From: Welwitschia mirabilis
Taxonomy: Eukaryota
Assembly: GCA_051453625.1 (NCBI GenBank)
Contig: JBOZIK010000001.1
Coordinates: 38,889,496-38,927,439, forward strand
DNA: 37,944 nt
Reading direction: 5' to 3'
In this document: positions 25,086 through 37,102 of the stretch, piece by piece
Layout: the number at the start of each line of letters is the position of its first letter
How positions within the stretch are numbered: position 1 is the first letter of the stretch
The notes under the pieces: generated by a model
What the model was told of the DNA's origin: nothing
The model's input: the letters and a program-made list of their open reading frames with translations, nothing else
Databases searched by the model: none
Program-made: the position numbers and the translations under genes

Positions 25086-26329
25086 TTGTTAAAATTCTAA
25101 AAGCATCATATTATAATCTATAATGTCATTTCTTAATAATTTCTAATTCATAAATGAAATACTTAGTTAAGTAGAGATAAAACCTGATACGTGAAATATG
25201 CAAATAGAACATCTAATGGAATGTTATAAACTAAATATTAAGAAATTAGTAGAGATCTAACAAAATATGATTATATAGTCTATCTAAGTTAAATTTACTA
25301 TCTGATATGATAATAATAATAATAATCTTAAATTTTATTAACATTTTTATCATTGATTATAGCACTCTTAATAGACGCTTACAATCTACTCAAGTCCATT
25401 CTTTTATGTTATTAGAGTTTATATGTACTATTAAGAAAACCTCTTCTTTAGAGTAGAAGAAGTAGTATGAGGTTTAAACTAGAATATTAATAAAAGAATT
25501 TAAAAAAGAATACAACGTAACATTAGTCGTAGATTGTTCTTTAGATGGAGCATCATTTCCCATGCTTAGAATTCTAGAACATTTTCTTCTACATGAAAAT
25601 TTAATAGAAAATAATATTATGTTATCACTCCAATTTTCTATACCTAAATATTTCAAGCTATCATTGGAAAACATGAAAATAGAATTTATTTGCTCAAGAG
25701 ATTAGGTTAAATAAGTAATGGGTTATTGAGGGAAAGAGGCAAAAAAAAATGTTAAATGTTAAAAGAAACAAAAAAATAATAATAGAAAAACTAACATTTC
25801 CTTATTTCTTAGGACACTTTTGATTGAAATTAATATTTACAAAAATGTTGTGCTTAACACATAATAATCAATATTAAATTAAAATTTTTAATACAATAAT
25901 CAATAAATTCAAATTAATAGTAATTATATATTATAGAAGTCAATATAATGAAATAACTTAGGAAGTTAAAAATTATATTTTTAAAATATTTTTTAAATAA
26001 TTACTTGGTATTTTATGCTAATTAAGAAACTTAAAAAATATTTACTATAATTTTAGAAACATACACATCAAAAAAGATAGATCAAGGAAACAAAGTTTTA
26101 AGAAAAATTAAGTGGAAAATCTAAATTTATTTCAAAATCACATCTTCTTATGCTAAGAGAAAAACATTTATATAAATATGTCTTAAAACTAAAGAAAATC
26201 AAATCCTTATTTAACAATAAATTTATAGAATAAAAAATCTTTACATATAAATTATATTCAATGATAAGAAGATAGTCCAAATACTACGTTTAATAACATG
26301 GAAGTCTACATCTAAATCAAAATGAGGTC

Positions 26330-27330
26330 TTGGAAACACAAAGCCAAAGTGAAGTACAAATGATAAGATAATCATACTTAAATCCACCATTAAAATAATT
26401 ATTAATATCATCATTTCTCTTTGTAAATAGACTAGCATTTTCATCTTCATCACTAGCAATTGTACTAATACCACTATCTGTATTTGTAAATAGACTAACA
26501 TTTTCATATCCATAAGCAACACTACTTTTAATACCAACATTTGTCTCTATAAGTAAACCATTTCTATATACATTATAAACATTATTACTATTGCAATTTA
26601 TATCTTCATTTATTTCATTATTAATAGTACCATTCTAAGGTAGCATCAAATCATAAACTCCATTTTTGGTTAAGAGGAAATCAAATGCTATCAGGAATGA
26701 ATATTTCCTATTGGAATTATCATTATTACTATGATTTAAAATATCTAAAATACCTTCAAGATCATATATATTCATTATAAGTATTGTTTTTATTGCTAGT
26801 GTTCTAGTGATCATAAAGGATAAAAGCCATAGCAAATATAGAAGAATTTTTTGGAATAGTTAAAGAAGAATTAGGCTATGCATCCTCCACACAGGTTTTG
26901 ACATCTATATAAATTCTTTCATCCACTAGTAAGAATATATGTTTTGGAAGTTATCTAGAAATTTAAAGTCCATTAGACATTTTCCTCTGCTTCACTTTAT
27001 GTAATACTAATTCCTAGAATGTATGAAACTTTCTTTGATTTTACTTTGAATGAGGTGCTACCAACTAATTCTTCCTTTCTTTAGATTCATTCATGCTTAC
27101 AAAATGATCTATATAGCATAGATTACAATAGTAAGTCTACATAGATGATCACTTACATTACTCTGAGATAGTGTCTTTTAGAATAACCTTTATATTACCT
27201 CTACTTCTTCTTTGAGATTTTGTCTTATAATCATATTAAGCATATTTGTAGCCACTATAATTTAATTCTTCTCCACTTACTATAAAAGTTTCCTTACTTT
27301 CCTTATATTTACTCTTCTTTAGTGCATAAT
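26330..27330 (-). pseudogene. Decayed coding-like region, possibly a NAC-type transcription factor remnant
   Basis: One frame with scattered stops: ...SGYKYA*YDYK...K*SSM*TYY...F*ELVLHKVKQRK (weakly like NAC GxKKxLxFY...WxMxEY...VLCKI), then an Asn/Asp-rich tail with a 63-bp internal repeat (26421/26484). Confidence 0.25.
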
Positions 27331-28315
27331 TGCATTGCATTAAATTGCATTTATAAAGTGATAGTTGTATGCTTGTGTAGTTCTTTTTTGTTTAAGACAT
27401 TTTTGAAAAGTAAAAGCCTTTATTTTTAATTTTGAAAAGTGTTTTTCTAGTCTATATTATTTAGAAATTAAAAATCTATTTATTGTTCTTATTTAAGAGG
27501 ATTTATTTTTTATTTAAAAGGCTAAAAGTAATAATGTTCTATTTTATCTTATAGTTAATTTTGTCTTATTGAGATTCTTTTATGTTAACTTACAAATCAA
27601 CATAAAAAGAAGAAGTTTAACTCTTTTAAAACATACACAGTTTTAATTTCTTAGCATTCTCTTTTAGTGATAGTTAAGTATTTTTTTCTTTTTTAATTAT
27701 TTTTTAAAAGAAATAGAACTTTTTAAGAACTTATTTAAAACAATAGAAACTCTAATCATTTATAAGATTATAATATGATTGTTTAATTTCTTATGTTTCA
27801 TAAATGCTTATACTATGCAATCACTTTATCTTGACATTTTTAAAATATAATTGGATTTAGTAAAACTTTTTTTAAAGATTGAAAGAAATTGTTTAGAATT
27901 AAACTCATAAAGAACTTGTTTAGAATCAAACTCACAATCATAAAGTCATGAGAGTATTTAGAACACTTGAATTCTCTATACTTTAAAGCGAAAAAAATAA
28001 GATTTAACAATTTCTCAATAATAATAATCTAAGAAGACTAAGCATATAAAAAAAATTACATGACTATCTAATGATGTTATCTATTTAACTTAAGAATGAA
28101 ACAAAATTTTCAAGTATTAATAAAAGGAAAGACACATAAAATTAACTTATAATAAAAATAAGGAAAGTACAATTCAACAAATACTTATTAAGTAAAAAGC
28201 CTCTCGACATGACTTCAATGTCGGATCACCACATCCTCATATGAACAGGTATAGGGTTTGAGGCTTTATTATGAATATACAGATCAAAACTATGAAAGCC
28301 TAGAAATATACATAC

Positions 28316-28936
28316 TTAGTTCAGGTAATGACATTATTCCAAAGTAATCCTTAGTGAATAGAATATTGATGATATCTCTAGTTGCAAATCCATGAAGCTC
28401 TCTTATATAATTCTCTTGTATAATGATCCTCATGTGATTTTAAGCTTAAATCATTGGTAAAGTAACACATATAAGACCATGTTCTTATGCCTATACTATA
28501 TATGAATATTTATTTATTCATTTATATTTTTTTTAAAATTCCAAGTAAATGCATATCATTTATGATTTTAAGAATTTGCCATAGAAAAGCTTATTTCATG
28601 TTTCAAGTTACACAAATAAGCATAGCCATATTCTTCAGAACCAATCCCACATGCTTGCTATAGGATCGTAAACAAAAGTGACACAGATCTAGTAGTTAAA
28701 GTATATCCAAACTACTGCTTAAAGTAGGTTCCTCAAATTACATTAATTGTAGTAACATATTTCAGTTCAAATCAAACATGTGAAACAATACTAGATGCAC
28801 TGACTAAAAATAGGCACATAGAAATACACTTACCGAAATGGATTATTTCAGTTTACATCAAACATGGCATGTAATATTTCAGATAAATGGAGCCTTCCTT
28901 TTGAAATCTTTAATCCCTTTCAGCCTTTTTCATCAT
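28316..28936 (-). pseudogene. Unidentified three-exon host gene fragment
   Basis: Canonical GT-AG introns at 28833-28689 (GTAAGT, 145 bp) and 28611-28491 (121 bp), next donor GTATGT at 28315. One spliced frame has only TAA stops (plausibly from CAA). Confidence 0.45.
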
Positions 28937-28964
28937 AGTTGTATACATGATTTCATAATAAAAA

Positions 28965-29173
28965 TGGGAGAAGGAACTAAATGAGCTCTTCAAAGTTGCA
29001 ATTACTCAATCTAAAGTTCATCCTGGCATTGACTCCAAGTCTGTCGTATGTGAGTTTTACAAAGCTGGGTAATGTGCAAAGTATTTCAAACGCAGATACT
29101 CTCATGATATGAATTTCCAGAATAAAAAAGAGTAAAAAGATTTAATGTTTACACTAATAAGCAGGATGAGACA
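28965..29173 (+). pseudogene. ZC3H15: CCCH zinc-finger ZC3H15/DFRP1/Tma46 homolog fragment
   Basis: EKELNELFKVAITQSKVHPGIDSKSVVCEFYKAG*CAKYFKRRYSHDMNFQ + (frameshift) FNVYTNKQDET matches plant EKELNDLFKVAxSQPKVPxGVDPKSILCEFFKAGQCxKGFKCKFSHDLNxQRKGEKIDIYSDKRD. Confidence 0.9.
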
Positions 29174-29446
29174 CAAAGATGCAATAGCAAAGAAATGGCA
29201 GATCACAGAAAAACACAATGGCCGATGGATTATAGTGACTAAAAAAATCACGGAAATCACACATAGATTATAACAGTGTCCAAAGAAGAAGATAAAACAC
29301 AACCAAAGTTCAGCCAATTTAGATCCACTCATTACATCAACTACATAGCAAAAGGAGCCAATGGTGAGAATGCCTCCAATGATGAAAACGCTAAAAGATA
29401 TATGTTCAAAGGAAGCTTCTAATTTATGGAATCATATTAGGGAGGA

Positions 29447-29845
29447 GTCTATGATCGCATTTTCATCATAGCAGCAAGAAAATTGGAAAGAGATGAGAGA
29501 GGAATGAATCTACTACATAGGATAGCCATTAGGATGTTTGTTTCTACTATGTCAATGATAGTATCTGTGTTCATTGAAATTTAAAAAAAAAAATAAATAG
29601 AAACAGCTAGTGAGCATGGTCCTATTGATATATCCAAATCAACAATTCCATTGAGTATATTTGTGCTCCTTCCCTAGTATGTTTTTTTTGGCATTGCAGA
29701 TGTCTTTACAATGGTGGGCATGCATAAATTATTTTATGATCAAACATTTGATAAACTGCAAAACTTGGGAATTGCCATGTATTCAAGTATCTTAGGAATT
29801 AGTGCCATTACTAGTGGTGAGCTCATTTCATTAGTTCAAAGATTA
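29447..29845 (+). pseudogene. NPF5: NRT1/PTR family (NPF5-like) transporter fragment
   Basis: VYDRIFIIAARK...GMNLLHRIAI.MFVS..SMIVS..IE...TASEHG.ID....IPLSIFVLLP*YVFFGIADVFTMVGMHKLFYDQ..DKLQNLGIAMYSSILG, the conserved C-terminal half of NPF proteins; stops and an A-run lesion. Confidence 0.92.
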
Positions 29846-29853
29846 GGCTGCAA

Positions 29854-31618
29854 CCTAAATCAACTAATCCAAATGTGGCTGCTGATTTTAGGCCTATAGC
29901 TTGATGTAACATTCTGTATAAAGCCATTTCAATGATTATTGCACATAGATTAAAGGACATTTTGGAAGACATTATTGCTGATAATCAAGGGGCGTTCATC
30001 CCTCATAGATCCATTATCCACAATATTCTGCTTGCTCAAGAACTTGTCCAGCACTACACTAGGAGAAGATTCAGCCCAAGATGTGCTATTAATATAGATC
30101 TAAAAAATGCCTATGATTTAGTTTCTTGGTAGTTTCTACTCGATTTGATGGATAAACTTGGCTTTTCCTTCAGATTTATCAATTGGATCAAAGCCTGCAT
30201 CTCCTCCCCTTTCTTCTTAATTCTTATTAATGGAGGTTTGGTAGGATACTTCCAAGGTAAAAGAGGACTAAGGCAATGTGACCCTCTGTCGCCTTATCTC
30301 TTTTGCATCATTATGGAATACTTCTCTAGATTGCTAAGGAAGCTATTCCATCATCTAGATTTTTTCTTCCACTCCAAATGCAAAATGCTGCAAATTACTC
30401 ATTTATGTTGTGTAGATAATATATTAGTGTTCTATAAAGCTAATTATAAGTCAATTAGTTTAACAAAGTAGAATATTGATCATTTTAAGATGGTGTCGGG
30501 TCTTGAGGTAAACTTGGTGAAGAGTCAAGTTTTTTTCAGTGGCATTATCCAAGAGGAAAAAGTTATATTCCTATAGATTCTAAACTTTATAGAAGGATGC
30601 CTCATGGTTAGATATTTGAGGATTCTATTAAACTCAAAAAATCTTACTAGTTTAGATCGTCTCCCTCTCATTCTCAAGGTTACTAATAAAATCAGATTGT
30701 GGATAACAAAATTTCTATCTTACACCAGAAGATGTGTGGTAGTCAAAGTTGTCCTACAGAGAATATCGTCATTTTGGTATAGATTCTTTATCCTTCCAAA
30801 TAAGATATTACATGAAATTAATGGGATTTTCAAGAAATTTTTGTGGATAGGTAATCAAGAGCACTCGAAGAAAGCCCTAATCGCCTGGTTTACCTTGCTA
30901 AAATAAAAGAAATCTGGGGGGCTGGAACTTACAGATACCATTTTGATGAATAAAGCCTTAATTTCTACCCAACTCTAGGACTTAGCCCTTAAGAAAGACT
31001 CCCTATGGGTTAAATGGTGCCATGAATTCTATCTCAAAGGAGTAAATATATGGCTGTATTAGGTTGAGTACAAAACATCTTAGATATTAAAAAAATTCTG
31101 AAAATATGAACTCTTCTAAGAGAGCATGTGATGATTTTTGTTAAGGTGATGATTTGGAAGAATTCAAGAATTCCTGTCTCCACAGCATCAGTATATAACC
31201 ATTTATGTGGTCACCCTCCAAAGTGGGAATGGTGTGATTTAGTTTGGAACATGTTCATGATACCAAAATATTCATTCATTTCTTGGATGGCTTGTAATAA
31301 TAGATTGGCTACAAAGGATAGAATCCTTAGATTTGATATCCAAACTGATCTATTATGTGTTTTGTGCAGATCAGAAAATGAATCTAAAAATCATATCTTA
31401 TTTGAATGCCCTCCCTATTCTCTCCTCTTTAAAAAAGCGCTCACCCAGTTTGGCTTTACTCCCCTAGCTTTTTCTTGGAAGAAGATCCTAATCTGGTCAA
31501 AAAAGAAGTTTAGATCAAGGAACAGCCAGCATAGTGCATTTAAATTTCTTGTAACAGCTTGTATTTACCATGTCTAGAAAGCTAGAAATGGAAAAATTTT
31601 TAAGCATCAGGATATCCA
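29854..31618 (+). mobile_element. L1-clade LINE copy 1, 5'-truncated ORF2 (RT + zf-RVT), 3' end lost in a gap
   Basis: PK..NP...DFRPIA*CNILYK, QGAFI...I.HNILLAQEL, IDLKNAYD.VSW, GKRGLRQCDPLSPYLF, ITHLCCVDN (YADD mutated), RLATKDR...CVLC....E...HILFEC; premature stops. Confidence 0.95.
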
Positions 31619-33001
31619 NNNNNNNNNNNNNNNNNNNNNNNNNNNNNNNNNNNNNNNNNNNNNNNNNNNNNNNNNNNNNNNNNNNNNNNNNNNNNNNNNN
31701 NNNNNNNNNNNNNNNNNNATAGTTATTAATGGAATTAGAAATAAGAAACATAACAATATAATAAATATCACAAATATCACTGGCATGCAATCAACATATA
31801 AAATAGATTATTTTTAATTTAATAAATTAGAATAGTAAAAATAAGAAATATTACTAATTTAAAAAGTAAACTATAAAATTTAATGAGATGATGGAAAAAT
31901 AATATTCACAAATTTTTAGAAATTTAAAAATGAAATACCAAAATTAAAAATAATAATATATTAAATAGTTTATTAATAAAAAAAGTTTAAAATGTAGCAC
32001 ATCTATATCAATGCATTAGAAAAGTACAAGTACTATAATGAAATGATGAAGAAGTAAAGCATGATGAACAATGATGAAGAGGCAATAATGGTTGTGTATG
32101 GTGGGGGTTGTATAGGCCCCCTTAGGTGACAAGATGTAAAATTTTAGATTCATCGTTTTATACAGTTTATAAAATATAGGTATACTTTTGAAATTGGGTG
32201 AATCAAATTTGAAAACTACTAAAAACATGGTAAATTAGAATAGATATATTACATAATGATGATCAATTGATATTTCTTTCATGGAAAAATAAAAGATAAC
32301 TGGTGTAAAGACATGTTCCTCAAACCTTGCTAATGAATTTCATATTTTATAATTTTTCTTTTAGGTCTTTCAATTTTGATTTTATCCTTTAAGGAAATTT
32401 TGATTTTAAAAGATATAAACTCTTTTGCACTTGTAATAAGTTTTTAAGAATTGATTCCAAAAGGATAACTATTATCTTTAACATTAGAAATGGAAAAAAT
32501 TCTAAATCATTAAAAAAATGTACTTATTTTGAAGTGATTTTAGCATTAACATAAACCTAACAGCTAATTTATTACCATAGTATGCTACACCTAAACAAAT
32601 TAATTGAAACATTATTCTTTCATATGTAACATTTAACTTATTTTTAAAACTTATTAATACAATGTTAAAACAACATAAANNNNNNNNNNNNNNNNNNNNN
32701 NNNNNNNNCTGCTTATGATGCCCAAATGGTTGTATTATCTGAGTGATGATGGTAAATTCATTTGAATTATTAAGATCTAGTAAACATGACTATAGATAGG
32801 CTCTTCCTAATGGATGGTAGAAGAATAGCACTTTCATTTCTCTAAGAGGTGACATTCCATGGAGGAGCGAAAACACCACATAGATTGGAGATTCTTTCAT
32901 CATCACTTCAAGCCTTTAGAAAGAAGTCATTAGCAAAGTTTAATAATCAATTTGTTAAGAAACTATTATAATCACATTCTAGCAATAACATTTATCTCTA
33001 T

Positions 33002-33147
33002 TATAATGTCTGTAACGTCTTCTTTAAACATTATGGTTTTGTTAAAAAGATAGAAACATCTTCTTTATTATAACGTTTCTCTTTCAAATCCCCTTTTTGT
33101 AACATCTCTTATTGTAATGTCTTATAAGAATCAATCTTCTATAAATA
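33002..33147 (+). promoter_or_regulatory. LTR/pararetrovirus-like promoter: five TGTAACGTCT-like repeats then a TATA box
   Basis: Motif variants at 33002, 33011, 33069, 33098, 33113; CTATAAATA at 33139-33147. Confidence 0.4.
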
Positions 33148-33679
33148 TGTGGTTGATGTATTGTTTAGAGATGGAATAGAGATCTGGCTTCTGAAAGTTG
33201 GAGGCAGAAGATTTGACCCCTTTGAAGTCGTCATCACTTTTTTCTAAATTTTGTATTTTCTTTTGTGGATTCTCATAAGAAACATGAGTGTTCTAATCTC
33301 TATCATGCAATTGAACCATGTAATTCAGGGAAAGAGAACACGAAGACTACAGTGTAGTCTTAGGCCTGTGATCCCATAAATCGTCTTCTCCTTCATTCGA
33401 AGATAATGCCTCCTAATGAGCTTCATTATTATACCTATTTAATTTTTTGCCCCTCCTCTTTTGGCACAGGATTTATTACAACAGAAAGAAGGTTCAATGC
33501 AGAATTCACTCTCTGATAAATCGTTTCAGGTGCAATCTCATATCCAATAGGTACACCCCTATTCATTGTAAAGAAATCATTAAAATTGATCGATTAATTT
33601 TAAAAAATATATGTATTCAAGTGGATTTATCTTGTTGCATATGAAAACGTTTGTCTTTAAGCAGTTGGTAATAAAAAAA

Positions 33680-35726
33680 CATCCGGATTTTTGCTTCCAC
33701 CCCAAATGCAAAAAGCTACAAATTACTCATTTATGTTATGCAGATGATATATTAGTATTCTGTAAAGATGATTAAAAATCCATTAGTTTGATAAAGTAAA
33801 ATATTGAGCATTTTAAGATGGTCTCAGATCTAGAGGTAAACTCAGTGAAGAGTCAATTTGTTTTTCGGTGGCATTATGCAAGAGGAAAAAATTAGATTCC
33901 TGCAAATTCTAAACTTTATAGAAGGATGCCTTTTGGTCAGAGATCTGGGGATTCCGTTAAACTCAAAAAAGCTTACCAGTTTAAACTGTCTCCCTCTCAT
34001 TCTCAGGGTTACTGAAAATCAGATCTTGGACAACAAAATTTCTATCTTACGCTGGAATATGTGTGTTAGTTAAAGCTGTCCTGCAGACAATATCATCGTT
34101 TTGGTGTAGAGTCTTTATCCTTCTAAATAAGATGCTGCATGAAATTAATGTGATTTGTAGGAAATTTCTATGGACAGGTAATCAAGAGTGCTCGAAGAAA
34201 GCCCCAATTGCCTAGTTTACCTTGCTAAAATCAAAGAAATTTGGGGAGTTGGAACTTACAGATACCATTTTGATGAATAAAGCCTTAATTTCTACCCAAC
34301 CCTGGGACTTAGCCCTTAAGAAAGACTCCCTATGGGTAAAATGGTGCTGTGAATTCTATCTCAAAGGAGTAAATATATGGCTTTATCAGGTCAAGTACAA
34401 AACATTTTAGATCATTAAAAAAATTCTGAAAATCAAAACTCTTCTAAGAGAGCATGTGATGATTTCTGATGAGGTGATGATTTGAAAGAATTCAGGAATT
34501 CCTGTCTCCATAGCATTAGTATATAGCCATTTATCTGGTCACCATCCAAAGTGGAAATGATGGGACCTAGTTTGGAATAGGTTCATGATACCAAAATATT
34601 CATTTGTTGCTTCGATGGCCTACAATAATAGATTGTTTAAAAAGGATAGAATCCTTAGATTTGGTATCCAAACTGATTTATTATGTGTTTTTGCCGATCA
34701 GAAAATGAGTCTAGAAACCATATCTTATTTGAATGTCCTCCCTGTGCTCTCCTCTTTAAAAAAGCACTTACCCAGCTTGGTTTCACTCCCCCATCTCTTT
34801 CTTGGAAGGAGATTCTAATCTAGTCAAAAAAGAAGTTTAGAACAAGGAACACCCAGCATAGTTCGTTCAAATTTCTTGTAATAGCTTGTATTTATTAGTC
34901 TGGGAATCTAGAAATGGAAAAATTTTCAAGCAAAAGGATTTTCAAATAAACCAAATTATCAAGAAAATCAAACTACAGCTTCTCACTAAAATCTTGTCTA
35001 TTAGAAGAATGAAGGACTCTCATAGAAATAAAGTTTGGTGTGGAGTAGTGGGCATCTTCCCCTCTTTCGTGAACAATGAAGATTAATGTTCTCTTTTGTA
35101 GATAGTCTTTGTTTTCCTTTGTTTCCCCGCAGGTTTTTTTTGGGTGGCCCCCCAGTGCCTTGCTAGGCATCTCAGCTATTATTTTGGAGATGTATTAGAA
35201 GACTCACAGAAGGGCCCTGTGCCTAATCAGAGGGCTTTCCATTTTGCAGTCGGTTTTCAATGGATTTCCGGAAAGGGAGGATAGGAGTTAAGTCAGTATA
35301 AATTGCCTTTGGATCAAATGGAGGACTGTTGTACATTAAGGCTTTGGTTAAGGGGTCAATGGGACCTCCTCGGTTTTAGCTCAGCCTAACACAGAACAAG
35401 AGTTGCAAAGGATTCATAAGCTTTAATGTAACAGCAAATACATGCCATTTTTCCAGTATCTTCGATAGGATAAATCAGTCATATCCTGCTTGTTACTTTT
35501 TTCCCAGCATCTTACTGTTTTCAGTTTTTCAGTTTATATGTTAGACATGTTTTTTTCCTCTGATTGTTTGGAGGGCTATATGTTCTCAAATCCCAGAATC
35601 TTGTTATTCGCAGGACTATTTTTCAGGCTGCTTCAGACCTGATATGATCCTCCTAGTTTTTTGTATGCATTGGATCTCCTATTGTTAAAGCAATGAAATT
35701 TTACAAACTTTCATTCAAAAAAAAAA
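33680..35726 (+). mobile_element. L1-clade LINE copy 2, 5'-truncated, with 3' UTR and poly(A)
   Basis: Colinear with copy 1 from 30352 (roughly 85-90% by eye); intact YADD codons at 33737-33748; ORF2 end at 35086; ~630-bp 3' UTR; A10 tail 35717-35726; candidate TSD AAAAAAACA (33673-33681 / 35720-35728). Confidence 0.95.
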
Positions 35727-36029
35727 CAAGATTGGTTTATAGAAAGAATAACAGTTGTTGGATTTCAAATAACTTGAATCAAAGTCATTTAAATGATTTT
35801 TACCAGTTTCTATCTACTTTAAGTGCCTCTGATCTTTACTTCTATATACTTTTAGCAAATAGTTATTAGTATAAGCATGATAGAGGCATTAACTAATGTG
35901 AAGAAATTCCTCAATCTCAAACTGTGACTATTCTAGCTTCTTATAGTCTATGTGCAATTAGCTTATCCACAATATACTAGAAAGATTTGGTTATGCTGTA
36001 AAAGTTACTTAAGATGAAATATTAATTTC

Positions 36030-37030
36030 AAATTCAAAGGGATTTAGTGCAACCCATTGATGCAGGGGCATCACTGTCAAAAGCCTTCTTAACTCATAAT
36101 GGATCTTCATCCTTATTCTACTCTCCAGTCATGAAATCCATGTATTTTGGGTTTTATCACCCAAATTGTGCTAAGAAATCTTCGAAAGTTATTAAAATGT
36201 ATCATCATTACCTGAGAAGGGAGATGTATAAAGGAATCAAAGGTGTTAAAGAATCCCAAATCAAATCGCTGATTAGTAAGAAAGAAAGACTTTTCCTCAT
36301 GGAAAACAGAAGCGCAATTAGCATTTGGATTCATAAGAGATATAAAAGCAAGCAAATTCTTCAATAAATCACACAGCCTTTTTGAGCAATCACTTGCTAA
36401 TCTTATGGAAGCTTTGATTCTAGAATAGAATTCCTTTGATACGACATAACTTCTCAATATTACTTCACAATTTTTCGCTACACCGCATAAATCCAAATAG
36501 AGCACTTAACTATAACCACAATCGTTTTATCGATTTTTCTAAACTTTTTCAACTTCTTGTAAAGATTTTTTAGGTGACAAGAGAGGAATAAGCCTCACCT
36601 GACGACATCAAAAGAAAAAGAAAGAAACAAAAATCTAAAAAAAAAAGGAGGAACAGCTGGAAATCAGAAAAGATTAGAAGAGAGACGCCATTAAGGGACA
36701 GCAAACAATGCCAAAAAGCAATGGCAGTGAGAAAAGGAGGCATAACACGGAAACACTGAAAGCAGGAGAAGCAGTGACAGCAAGCAAAGGAACGGTAGTG
36801 AAATAAATAGCACCAGAAATAGAGACGCATCAAGGGAATAGTAGCAAAGAAACAAAGGAGGACACGCATCATGAATAATGGTAGAACCAGTAGTGAGAGG
36901 AAGTAAAAGAGGCAAAAGACATGATAGACACACAACAAAGAAGATGATCAGACGCAAATCAAAAAGAATAACAAGATCACAGAAGAAACAGAGGAGAATA
37001 TGATGAACACATAAAAGAAAAGAAAAACTC
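36030..37030 (-). pseudogene. Gene-like fragment: pyrimidine-rich leader exon, 387-bp intron, decayed coding exon (unidentified)
   Basis: Donor CAG|GTGAGG at 36598, acceptor CTTCTCAG|G at 36212; the downstream frame reads ILITFEDFLAQFG**NPKYMDFMTGE*NKDEDPL*VKKAFDSDAPASMGCTKSL, with all stops explicable as C-to-T. Confidence 0.35.
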
Positions 37031-37102
37031 TGTGGAGGGAACCAAATTCTATCTATTAATTTTAATCTTTAATACTTCAGCAACATACTTTCTATATAGA
37101 CA

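Noticed and set aside
32780..32820. YR*ALPNGW as continuation of ZC3H15 (YRHALPPGY)
   Set aside because: Too short, and flanking residues do not match.
32709..36211. One long minus-strand (viral-like) ORF split by L1 copy 2
   Set aside because: Rejoining at the TSD still needs several frameshifts and shows no viral or cellular motif I recognise.
36047..36957. Listed ORFs 36047-36367, 36113-36505, 36570-36938, 36691-36957 as genes
   Set aside because: No recognisable motifs; they overlap a predicted intron or a low-complexity CT-rich leader.
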